This document shows positions 39,958 through 49,240 of a stretch of DNA of 64,000 nucleotides, piece by piece. Source of the stretch: Myxococcota bacterium. GTDB taxonomy: Bacteria; Myxococcota_A; SURF-8. Below the pieces are notes generated by a model. The model was given only the letters and a program-made list of their open reading frames with translations, made no database searches and was not told the DNA's origin. The stretch's first letter is position 1; the number at the start of each line of letters is the position of its first letter. The position numbers and the translations under genes were made by a program. The DNA lies in assembly GCA_963674735.2 (NCBI GenBank), contig CAXXQS010000002.1:2176001-2240000 (forward strand), read 5' to 3'.

Positions 39958-41301
39958 TCAATCTTTAAACGGATACTTGCGGAATAATAGCATTCCGACA
40001 AACACCAATATACCACCCACCGGACCGGTAAGCAGGATACCGAGTGGATTCTCGACCGAATTGCCGAACAAGAAGAAAAGAAGGCTGCTGAGCAACCAGG
40101 CGAATCCCGAACCTGAGCGCGAGAACAAACCCTCCATCCCGTTGTAAATCGCTTCGCGGCGGAAACCGGTGGTTTTCTCGTCGTGATCGATGATGTCGGC
40201 CAACAGGGGGCGCGGCAACACGTTAAACACTGCGACCGGGAAGGTGGCCAAACTGAAAATCACGTAACCGACGATCATCGGGGATACGCCCGGGATCTGA
40301 TCGATCAACATAACCATCGGCAAGACCAGGGTGAAGCCCAGGCAGCCCCAGATGGTGACGGCTTTTTTACCGTAGCTGATACTTAGTTTGTTGACTAGCG
40401 GGAAAAGAACGACGGCACCCACCAGCACCACCAGTTGCACCCCGGCGGCGTCGGCTTCACTGCCACCCATGACCGTGGTCATGACGTAAGGAATGGCCAC
40501 CACGACCATGTCGATGCCGATGCGGAAGACGGTTACGAGTGCCAGATACGGACCGAAGGCCTTGTTTTTCCAGACTTCTTTGACGCCTTCCTTGAAGGTA
40601 AGGGAAATCTGTTTCGCTTCGGAGTCGGGTTTTTCCTTTACGCCGAATGCGGTGATGAAAAAGCAGATCAGAGTGACCGCTCCGAAGATGATGCCCGACA
40701 ACTGGAAACCGTTGAAGGTGCGTGCATCAAATGGCGGCACCCCGCATTTGTAGGCGTCGATCAGCATACCGGCTCCGGCGGCGGCGACCAGGACGCCGAT
40801 CACTTCGAACAGCGCCATGATGGCCGAGACGGTCAGACGTTCTTCGCTGTAGGGAGTCAGTTCAGGCAGCAGCGACAGGTAAGGGGCGACCACGGAGGCG
40901 AAGGCCATGGACAGCACGCACATCCAAAAACAGACCCAGGCGGCGTTGATCAGCGATTCCGATCCTATGGGGGGGAACCAGACCATGATCATGGCGATGA
41001 CCATGATCGGAGCGCCGAAGATGATAAAGGGCATGCGGCGACCCCAACGGGTGTGGGTTTTGTCCGACCAGTCGCCGATAAAGGGATTCAGCAGGGCTTC
41101 CGCGATGCGACCGATGGCCAACATGGCGCCGATGAGATAAACCGGAACGTAAGAAATCAAGCAACTGTCGTCGGAAGCGGGCGGGGCGTAGTAATACATG
41201 GCCCAGGAACCGATGATGCTGGGCAGCAGCCCCACACCGAAATTGCCGAAAGAATAAGCCAGTCGCTGCCGGTTTGACAGCGCACGATTGGAAGCGGACA
41301 T
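39958..41301 (-). CDS. MFS transporter, glycoside-pentoside-hexuronide (GPH)-like
   Basis: P.IG.WSDKT.TRWGRRMPF, PY.SLLPELT...ER, LADIIDHDE..TG.RREAIY; multiple TM helices. Confidence 0.88.
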   Translation of the reverse strand: MSASNRALSNRQRLAYSFGNFGVGLLPSIIGSWAMYYYAPPASDDSCLISYVPVYLIGAMLAIGRIAEALLNPFIGDWSDKTHTRWGRRMPFIIFGAPIMVIAMIMVWFPPIGSESLINAAWVCFWMCVLSMAFASVVAPYLSLLPELTPYSEERLTVSAIMALFEVIGVLVAAAGAGMLIDAYKCGVPPFDARTFNGFQLSGIIFGAVTLICFFITAFGVKEKPDSEAKQISLTFKEGVKEVWKNKAFGPYLALVTVFRIGIDMVVVAIPYVMTTVMGGSEADAAGVQLVVLVGAVVLFPLVNKLSISYGKKAVTIWGCLGFTLVLPMVMLIDQIPGVSPMIVGYVIFSLATFPVAVFNVLPRPLLADIIDHDEKTTGFRREAIYNGMEGLFSRSGSGFAWLLSSLLFFLFGNSVENPLGILLTGPVGGILVFVGMLLFRKYPFKD

Positions 41302-41397
41302 GAATTCTCCTTACTCACGATACGGACTGGTAACCGGTATTTCTAAATCGAGATTCAACAGCTTTGCTTGTTCCAAAATTGGGGATGCGGCGATCAT

Positions 41398-41955
41398 TTA
41401 CTTCGAGAGCGGTGCCGTACTTTCAAGCGGTGCCAAAACATAGAATTTTCCGTATTCACGGATCGTTATCCCACCGAAGGCCAGGCGCGCCGTTACGATG
41501 CGCTCGCCCGTGCGTGCGTCCGCAGGGACAACGGCCTGAATATCCGTCCAGCGCAGGTTTTCGGGGTCGAAACGGACCACCAGAAACTCGATGTCGTCGT
41601 AGCCCCATTCGATATCCCAGCGTGGAATGTCGTTCGGACCGAGACCAAGCGCTTCTTTCAAGGCCTCGGCGTTCAACAGCGTGATTTCTCCTTCGAACAG
41701 TTCGCCCTGGCGCTTGAAGTCGGGTCGAATGCGCAGGTTGAAGGTCTGGATTTCCGCATCCATTTCCGCATCCGCATCCGCATCCGCATCCGCTTCCGGA
41801 TCGAGATCGACATCAGTGTCATGATCACCGTCGGTTTCGGGCGGATCTTGATCGCCATCCGATTCAGGCGGGGCGAAGGCCGACTCGCAGCCGATTCCCA
41901 ACGGCGCAAGCAGCAACGCTCCCCATAATGCCATCCATAGCCATCGTTTCGTCAT
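41398..41955 (-). CDS. Hypothetical lipoprotein with acidic DGD/(DA)n linker
   Basis: MTKRWLWMALWGALLLAPLGIGC lipobox, ESDGDQD...TDGDHD...EADADADADAE, then a beta-rich domain. Confidence 0.75.
   Translation of the reverse strand: MTKRWLWMALWGALLLAPLGIGCESAFAPPESDGDQDPPETDGDHDTDVDLDPEADADADADAEMDAEIQTFNLRIRPDFKRQGELFEGEITLLNAEALKEALGLGPNDIPRWDIEWGYDDIEFLVVRFDPENLRWTDIQAVVPADARTGERIVTARLAFGGITIREYGKFYVLAPLESTAPLSK
41765..41794 (-). repeat. Hexamer microsatellite (TCCGCA)x~5 encoding Asp-Ala repeats
   Basis: TCCGCATCCGCATCCGCATCCGCATCCGCT on the plus strand. Confidence 0.85.
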
Positions 41956-42062
41956 CTCGGCGATCATCCAGTAGAAAAATCGCACGATGATACCACACGG
42001 CGGCGAAAACGGTAGAAAAATCCGGTTCGTCGATAAGGATAGCCGTTTTATTCGATGGGGGA

Positions 42063-43577
42063 TTAGCGACCGATCGGCTGCTGCAACTCGCGCCACGCGC
42101 ATTCGCTGAGCAGATTCATCAGACGCTCGGACAAATTGGCGTTTTCCGATGTTTTCGACTTTGAATCGTTCAGGCTGGCTTTGAGGGTCGGGTGACAGAA
42201 TACGCGAATTTTGCGCGTCCAGCGTTCGAAGTCCTGGCGGATACCGTTCCAGACATTCACGGGTTCGCCATCGTCGATGAAGCGGTCGTCATGTTCGCGT
42301 AAAATGACGACATTGTCGAGGCCGCTGCGCCGATGCGGAACATCCAGCAGAATATCGTGAGGTTGAAGCGGACTGCGATGCAGACCTGCCAGCAGGCCAC
42401 GCCGGTTGATCTGCTCGACAAAGCTTTCCTGCAGGCGGTCGAAATCGTAGCGTTCATCCCACTTGATGCGATCCAGCATTTCGAACAGCGTTGCCGAAAG
42501 GGGTTTGTGGATGACCAGCAGGCGTTTATACAGCCGCCGTTCGTCGAGCAATTGCATGATTTCACCGCAAATATCGCCGCGTCCGGCCAGCCAGCGTATC
42601 ACTCCTTCGTCGGAATGACCGAACAGCAGGTTCATCAATTCCATGTGGGACAGCGTCGGTTCGCCCAAGGCGCTTTCGCGGAAAGCGCGATTCAGCATAG
42701 CCGTAACGGCACGCGAACTGTGGTGCCAGTATACCTCGGAGTACATGGCTGAACGGGCATAAGCGAACAATTCCACACTGATGCGACCCTTTTCATGAAT
42801 GCCGATGGCGTCGGGGCGTTCCGGGCTTACGGTGAGCGCCTGGAAGAAACGGTCGCGGTCGATGAAGCGGCCGTAGGGCACGCCGCAGTGGATGGAGTCA
42901 CGGTATAAGTAGTCCATCTTGTCGGCATCTACCGAACCGTCGAGAATGCTGCGCAGCATGGACTTGCGGATCAGCTCTTTTCCGGTGTAGGCATTTCCGC
43001 CGGTTTCACCCGAGACGAAGTAGCAGATATCGTCCAGCGCGGCATTCGGCCAGTATTCGGCAATGATTTCACCGAGGGGTGGGATGCCGGGTGGCAAGGT
43101 GAGTGACGGATAGGGGTCGCCGATCGTGCCATCAAGAAAAGGTTTGACCAGGTCGATGTGGTCGGCTACTTCGCCGTAGAGGTCTTCCATCAAATGGGCG
43201 AAGGGATAATGCCCGATATCGTGCAGCAATGCCGCCAGCAATAGCGATTCCACCTCGCCACGCGTAATGGAATCGGTAGCGAAACGGCAGTCTGGTTGTG
43301 TCAGCAGGGCGGTCAGGTAGCGGGTTGTAGTCTCCAAAACACCCAGACTATGCTCGAAACGCGTATGCACCGCACCGGGATAGACGAGATAAGCCAGTGA
43401 TAACTGGCGAACTTTCCGCAAACGTTGAAAGTGGGGATGGTCGACCAGCCGTCGCACGCGGTCGGTGAAGGGGACGCCGATGAGCTCGGGTAAACGCACG
43501 ACTCCGGCCGAACGAACCGGATGCAGTTCTTCGATGTCGGTCAGGAGCTTGGGAATAGGGTCGGTTGTGGCGTTCAC
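42063..43577 (-). CDS. HD-superfamily phosphohydrolase (SAMHD1/YwfO-like)
   Basis: FQRLR..RQL....VYPGA.HTRFEHSLGV, LLHDIGHYPFAH, DADKMDYLYRDS, R..MY.EVYWH. Confidence 0.9.
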   Translation of the reverse strand: MNATTDPIPKLLTDIEELHPVRSAGVVRLPELIGVPFTDRVRRLVDHPHFQRLRKVRQLSLAYLVYPGAVHTRFEHSLGVLETTTRYLTALLTQPDCRFATDSITRGEVESLLLAALLHDIGHYPFAHLMEDLYGEVADHIDLVKPFLDGTIGDPYPSLTLPPGIPPLGEIIAEYWPNAALDDICYFVSGETGGNAYTGKELIRKSMLRSILDGSVDADKMDYLYRDSIHCGVPYGRFIDRDRFFQALTVSPERPDAIGIHEKGRISVELFAYARSAMYSEVYWHHSSRAVTAMLNRAFRESALGEPTLSHMELMNLLFGHSDEGVIRWLAGRGDICGEIMQLLDERRLYKRLLVIHKPLSATLFEMLDRIKWDERYDFDRLQESFVEQINRRGLLAGLHRSPLQPHDILLDVPHRRSGLDNVVILREHDDRFIDDGEPVNVWNGIRQDFERWTRKIRVFCHPTLKASLNDSKSKTSENANLSERLMNLLSECAWRELQQPIGR

Positions 43578-43595
43578 CGGCTTGCGATCTCCGTC

Positions 43596-44078
43596 TCAGG
43601 TGTGAAAGACGAGGTTGTGTAAATAGGCTTTGAGCCGCAGACGAATTCGCCATTTCATGAACCAGAAGGCGATGCCCGGCCAGATGAGAAGCAAGGCCAG
43701 TACCCAGTCTTGAATCAGCGCCACCCGATCCGGGTTGATCCAGGCACCCCAAATTCCCTGGAAAAACCAGAGCAAAATGGCGGGAATCCAATGCAGCAGA
43801 TAGCTTAAAACAAGCAGATTTTTTAAGTCCAAATACGCCTGAAGGCGGGTTTTCATGCCTTCTTCGATCAACCGAAGCTCTCCGCGGCTGGTGAAACCGC
43901 GCCCCGGTAGGAATCCGAGTGTTTGAAACTGAATGATTTCACCGGTTTTATCGACAATCCAGAGAATGCCGGAAAAGGGGGACGCCGCGGCAAAGGAGTT
44001 GCCGATAATGCTCATGAGAGCTTCACGTCGCCGGGGCAGCACTTCTTCCAGCGTCACCTGAGTGAGAGACAGACTCAT
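43596..44078 (-). CDS. Hypothetical membrane protein (two C-terminal TM helices)
   Basis: 160 aa, 4-bp overlap with the suhB stop, two hydrophobic segments. Confidence 0.7.
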   Translation of the reverse strand: MSLSLTQVTLEEVLPRRREALMSIIGNSFAAASPFSGILWIVDKTGEIIQFQTLGFLPGRGFTSRGELRLIEEGMKTRLQAYLDLKNLLVLSYLLHWIPAILLWFFQGIWGAWINPDRVALIQDWVLALLLIWPGIAFWFMKWRIRLRLKAYLHNLVFHT

Positions 44079-44860
44079 GCCGATTTCAACGCTTCCTCAA
44101 TCAGTCCTTTGAGTTCATCGTGAATCAGGCCGTTGCTGGCCATGATTTTGTTTCCTTCCAAGGGGTCGCTTTCATCGGCGAAGCCGCTGATGACGCCGCC
44201 GGCCTCTTCAACCAGCAATGCGCCCGCTCGCACGTCCCAGGGAGACAAACCCATCTCGTAGAATCCGTCGAAAATGCCGCGTGCCGTGTAGGCAAGGTCG
44301 ATGGTTGCTGCGCCGAGTCGTCGCAGGTCGCGGGTGCGGTAGATGAGTTTGTTGAAAATGGGCATGCCGTCGGGGTTCATTTCGGCGCGGATACAGGCAA
44401 AACCGGTGGCGACCAGGGATTCGGCCAGATTGTTTTTGTCGGATACGTGGAGTTTCTCCCCGTTCAAACTGGCTCCCGCGCCGATCTCGGCGTAATACAT
44501 TTCGTCGAAAGCGGGCTGAAAAATCAGACCATGGGTGGTGCGGCCGTTTTCGACGCAGGCGATAGACAGGGCGAAATGCGGAACACCATGGGTGTAGTTG
44601 ACTGTGCCATCCAGCGGGTCGATGACGAAATAAGCGCCTTTTCCCTCTTTGACGAGCCCCGATTCTTCACCTAAAAGTCCATGATCGGGAAATTCGTGAC
44701 GCAGGCGGTCCATGACGATGCTTTCCACTTCTCGGTCCACATAGGTGACGAGATCTTTGACGTTGGTCTTACGTTCGATGTCTTCGTCATGCAGCTTGCG
44801 AAAATGGCGCATCATGATGCCGCCCGCCTGACGGGCGATGGATGTAAGTTGTGCTTTCAT
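44075..44860 (-). CDS. suhB: Inositol monophosphatase family protein
   Basis: DLVT..D, GEES, IDPLDGTVNY.HG, RRLGAA, PWD..AG.L.V.EAGG. Confidence 0.92.
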   Translation of the reverse strand: MKAQLTSIARQAGGIMMRHFRKLHDEDIERKTNVKDLVTYVDREVESIVMDRLRHEFPDHGLLGEESGLVKEGKGAYFVIDPLDGTVNYTHGVPHFALSIACVENGRTTHGLIFQPAFDEMYYAEIGAGASLNGEKLHVSDKNNLAESLVATGFACIRAEMNPDGMPIFNKLIYRTRDLRRLGAATIDLAYTARGIFDGFYEMGLSPWDVRAGALLVEEAGGVISGFADESDPLEGNKIMASNGLIHDELKGLIEEALKSA

Positions 44861-44972
44861 ACTGCTTTTTCACCCTCTTTGGTGTTCCGTCCCCCTCCTT
44901 GCTCTCACGCCCGGACATTACCCGAGTGTGGGGGAAAATGCAAGGTCAACCTTCCTTGGAGGGCATGAGGTT

Positions 44973-47049
44973 CTAGGAGGAATGAAGGGGCTTGGGCAGG
45001 GTGAATATGTCGAATGTCGAGGGCGGCAAATCGAAGGCTTTCGCAATCAGTCGATCGGCTTCCGCTTGTAGATGCTCCAGGGCTTTCAGCCGTTCGGACC
45101 CCGCGTTGCCAAGGGCGGCCAGACGACGCGGCCATGAGAGCCCGGGCATGTCCGTCCGGGTGCTCGCTGCCATTTCTTGTGCAAGCCGAAGGAGGTCGGC
45201 GCCGATTGAATTCAAGCGGTCGACCGTTTCGGGTGAAAAGGTTACGGGAACCGGTAATTGGGAAACCGGGGTCCGATAAAGCTCCAGAAGATCGCCTTTA
45301 CGCTTGCCGCGTTTCGCCAGCCAGGCATGCACGGGGGTGCTGTGTAGATAGGCCAGCCAGCCACCCGGAAGTAAAGGACTTTTGGGCTTAGGGAAGAGGT
45401 GGTAGACATCCACCGAAGTAAAAGCCCCTTTCACAGCTAGAGCGAAGCGTGGATAGAGAGCGCGTTGCGGAACGAGCAGATGCGGTGTTTTGAAGGCCGC
45501 TTCGACGCGCGGCCAGTGCAGACGCCACCAGGGCATACGACCCAAACGGCATTCCCGGCGCTGTATCAGCAGACGCCGAAAGGGAGTGAGATGTTTTCTC
45601 AAGGTGGGGAATTCGGCGATGTCGAGTTGACCGTCGAGGTAAATCAGCCATCCGGCCCTTGCATCATCCAGGCAATAGGGTCCGCAAGCCGGGGTTTTGT
45701 ATAAGGGAACCAGGCGCTGTCGTTCCGATGACGAACACCGTGCCGCCAACTCGCCTTCTTCGGCTTCGGACAGAACGAAGATTCCACGTCCGACCGGCCG
45801 GTCGACGAGACCCGCGTTCACGTGAGCCGCCGTGACCCGATCCGCTCCGCTTTGAATGCCTGCACGGATGTCCAGCAAGCTTCCCAGAGGCCGACCGGTC
45901 GCTTCCATGTGATCGAGGCAGCGCTGCTGCGCTTCGTTCTCCAAAATACGCCAGGCTCGTCCGCTGGTTTTCTTGGCTGAGTGGGTCGGTTGGCGGCGTT
46001 TTTCCAGCGTGACCAGAATCAGATCGACACCGGGGGCCGAATAAACACCATCCGGGGCCGGTTCAATCGCTAAAACGCGCATTCGGGGCTTCGAGTTCGT
46101 TGCGGAGCGGGGCGGCGCTATCGGCGGTCAGCCAATAGGCCGGGGTGAGGAAAGCCAGCTGTCCCTGCGGAACGAGAACTTCTACGGCGTGGTTCAGGAA
46201 AAACAGGGATAGATCCGCTTTTCCTTTGTAGACATCACCGAAATGAGAGTTTTTTGCCTGTGCGATGACGTTTCGTGCTTGTTTCTCGCCGAGATAAGGC
46301 GGATTGGCGATTATATGTGTGAAACCGGAACGGGTTTCATCGTCAAGCAGGTTCCGGCATACAACCGGCCAGCGTTCAAGCATCAACGGCTGCACACATT
46401 CATCCAGTAAAAAAAAGAGTAGTTGCAGAGTCGTTATCGCGGCCAATCCGGGATCGCATTCGATAAACGAACTGCCGCCGAGCAGGTCTTGCAGGTGCTG
46501 CCGTCGGGCGGATGAGCCGGGCGAATGCGGTTGCAAGGCTTGACGGAGGGCGGCCAGAGTCAGCGTACCGGTGCCGCAGCCGCTATCCAGCAGACGTGGA
46601 GGGGTGTCTCGCCATTCCAGTTTGGCGGCCAGCCGGACAGCGATCGGGGGTGGAGTAATGTAAAAACCGTGTGGACGGCGGTGTTTTTTTAGAAGCAGCG
46701 TGTCTAAAAATGGGGCCGCCAGATCCGGGTAACGGGGATAGCGATTCGCGAGCAGAGGAAATTCCGGCAGGTTGGACGACCAAGCGGGCTCCAGCAATTG
46801 TTGAATGCGGTCTATGGCATTGGCCTGTAAACCCAGGCGGGTACCCAGGTTTTCATAAAAGGCTGCGGGATTTTGAGGCGGCGTTTCCAGATGGGCCAGC
46901 AAACGGAATAGTCCCAAACGGGCGGCGATCCAGGTCGCGGCCTCGAAGGAGTCGGCCTGCCTGAGGGAGCGTTCTAAAAGAGGACGTAATTTTTGAAATC
47001 GTGGACGATCCGAGATCGGAAGAGCTTTTTTCCAGCGCACCCAACTCAT
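44973..47049 (-). pseudogene. N6-adenine DNA methyltransferase (Eco57I/TaqI-like) split by a +1 frameshift into ORFs 46063-47049 and 44973-46082
   Basis: 5' ORF has GFYITP, LLDSGCGTG, IANPPY, ADL..FF, GQLAFLTP; 3' ORF has a TaqI-C-like TRD. Removing one base from the G4 run at 46085-46088 fuses them into a 691-aa ORF. Could be a sequencing error. Confidence 0.75.
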
Positions 47050-47064
47050 TGAGCCATCATGGGT

Positions 47065-49152
47065 TCAGTTCGCCGACGCGCCGTGAAAAGCCGGGTCGAA
47101 TTCGTCGGCCTGGATATTTTCGATGGCGTCGGGAGTGATGAGAATGATGTTTTCCTCCGAGCCGTTACCGGACTCGCGTTTCTGTGCTTCGATGAGGGAC
47201 CGGATATTTTCGACCATTCCGGTGCGGTCTTCGTAGTCGTCCGGAATCCCGTATTTCAGGTCCTCTTCGCCATAGAGTTCACGGATATATTCACTTCGCT
47301 CGTGCAACTTATCCTTGAAAATTTTGCGTACATCTTCCGGCGTTTCAAGGATGTGCGGTGTGATGACAATCATCAGATTGGTTTTTTCCTTGGTTTTGCC
47401 GGTGGAACGGAACAAGAAGCCGATGATGGGGATATCGCCGAGTACGGGGACTTTTTCCTTGTCCTCGATTTCCCGTTCTCGTAACAAACCGCCCAGGGCG
47501 ATGCGGGAACCGCTTTGCGCCATGGCGACGGTCTTCAAGGCGCGTTTGGTGGTCGTGGGTCCTAACGTTTCGGAAACCGATGCGAGATCTTCTATCGTGA
47601 ATTCCAGCTTGAGTTTCACTCGGCGGTTTTCGTTGATTTCCGGCTGCATTTTGACCGACAGCGCAACGTCCTGACGCTGGATCGAGAGGACCGGCCGGTT
47701 GTTGGCATCGCGGGCTGTTCCGGTGACGAAAGGAACATTCGAGCCCACCACTATTTCGGCTTCTTCGGCATCCATACTCACCAGGTAGGGATTGGCTAGT
47801 ATGTTGACTTTAGAGGTGGTTTGTAAAAGTCTCACGAGGGCTCCGAAGGAGGGGAAATTGAAGCCTAAACCGTAGGCGTCACCCGAGCCTTCCACGTCCT
47901 GGCCGCGAACGCCGAGCGCGAGACCCATCAAAGACGTGGGGTCGATGGCCACCGAATTGAGCGAGCCATAGGTGGTGCCGCCGACCACATACGAATTGTC
48001 CAGGCTTTTCACCTTTTTGGCGCCGCTGACGGAGATCCCGGTGTCGACATTGTCGGTGGCGGTTACTTCAAGCAGGACGGCTTCCAGGAAAACCTGGCGA
48101 GGAAAGCGGTCGAGTTCATCGATGATGCGTTTGAGTTCGTTGATGCCGCGTGGAGGACCGACCAGAATCAACGAGTTGGTTTGCTTGTCGGCCGTTACCT
48201 TTACTTCCAGGTCTTCCCCGAATTGGCGTTGCCCTTTGGTTCTTGAACGCCCTTTTTGAACGACGCTTTGCAAAACGGAATTGAGGTCTTCCGCTTTGGC
48301 GAATTTCAGAAAAACCACCTCCATACCGGAATGACGCTCGATGTCGATATCCAGTTTCGGCATGAAAGCCAGAACCCGCTTGCAGGCTTCTTCGGTGCCG
48401 ACGATGAAGACGGTGTTGGTACGCTCGTCGATAACCATCTGTTCGAGACCGACCGCCGCATCGCGTCCGCGTTGACCTTTGCGGAAAAACAATTCCTTGG
48501 CGATTTCCACGACATCTTCGACGGGGCTGTTTTTAGGGGTCCAGTTGTAAACGCGGGTGGTATCGTCTCCGCCGACATCCAGCTCGTGGATGAATTTGAG
48601 CAGACGCGGGATGTAGGCCTGGAACTCGAAGATGAGCAGGAAGTTGTTGAAGGTATACATGCGGCCTTCGCGGCTGCGCAGTTTGTCGATGACCTTCAGC
48701 ATCTCTTCCGCTTCGATGTTCTTTACTTCCACCAGCAAGGAAACCTGCGGTTGGCTGGGATCGAAATCCGGAACATCGTTGACATACACGTTGCTTGGTT
48801 TACGGCGCGATTGGCCGATGTCTTCCATAACCTGATAGGAACCGACCGGCTTCAGGGTGGTGTCCATATTCTCCAGCAAAAAGAAATAGATCGGTTGGAA
48901 CTCTTCGCAAGATATCCCTTTCTGAGTGAGAACGAACAACTTCTTCTTACCGCGCACATTGTCCGCGCGCATCATGTTCATTTTGCAGTGTTCGGAGACC
49001 GTGTCGACCATCGTATTCCATTCCAGTACCTCGGCGCCGAAATGGATCAATCCATCTTTGATTTCAACTTGTGCCCAAGCGCTTGATATCCAGGTGGTCA
49101 GGATAAGCGCGGCGAATATGAAAAGCCTGCCATATCGAAGGGTTGTCGTCAT
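47065..49152 (-). CDS. gspD: Type II secretion system secretin
   Basis: Signal peptide, N domains (DERTNTVFI, LKFAKAEDL, ADKQTNSLIL), QVFLEAVLLEV, NILANP...EAEIVVG..VP, KVPVLGDIPIIGFLFRS, KTNLMIVITPHI. Confidence 0.92.
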   Translation of the reverse strand: MTTTLRYGRLFIFAALILTTWISSAWAQVEIKDGLIHFGAEVLEWNTMVDTVSEHCKMNMMRADNVRGKKKLFVLTQKGISCEEFQPIYFFLLENMDTTLKPVGSYQVMEDIGQSRRKPSNVYVNDVPDFDPSQPQVSLLVEVKNIEAEEMLKVIDKLRSREGRMYTFNNFLLIFEFQAYIPRLLKFIHELDVGGDDTTRVYNWTPKNSPVEDVVEIAKELFFRKGQRGRDAAVGLEQMVIDERTNTVFIVGTEEACKRVLAFMPKLDIDIERHSGMEVVFLKFAKAEDLNSVLQSVVQKGRSRTKGQRQFGEDLEVKVTADKQTNSLILVGPPRGINELKRIIDELDRFPRQVFLEAVLLEVTATDNVDTGISVSGAKKVKSLDNSYVVGGTTYGSLNSVAIDPTSLMGLALGVRGQDVEGSGDAYGLGFNFPSFGALVRLLQTTSKVNILANPYLVSMDAEEAEIVVGSNVPFVTGTARDANNRPVLSIQRQDVALSVKMQPEINENRRVKLKLEFTIEDLASVSETLGPTTTKRALKTVAMAQSGSRIALGGLLREREIEDKEKVPVLGDIPIIGFLFRSTGKTKEKTNLMIVITPHILETPEDVRKIFKDKLHERSEYIRELYGEEDLKYGIPDDYEDRTGMVENIRSLIEAQKRESGNGSEENIILITPDAIENIQADEFDPAFHGASAN

Positions 49153-49240
49153 TCCGGTCCACTCGATCCAAAAGTTGGGGAAACAAACTCCAATCAATAA
49201 AACACCCTAGCCTAGCTCAAGCTTTCGCCGGACGCAATGT

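Noticed and set aside
46063-46100. Programmed ribosomal frameshift in the methyltransferase
   Set aside because: No slippery heptamer or re-pairable codon at the junction; a simple indel explains it
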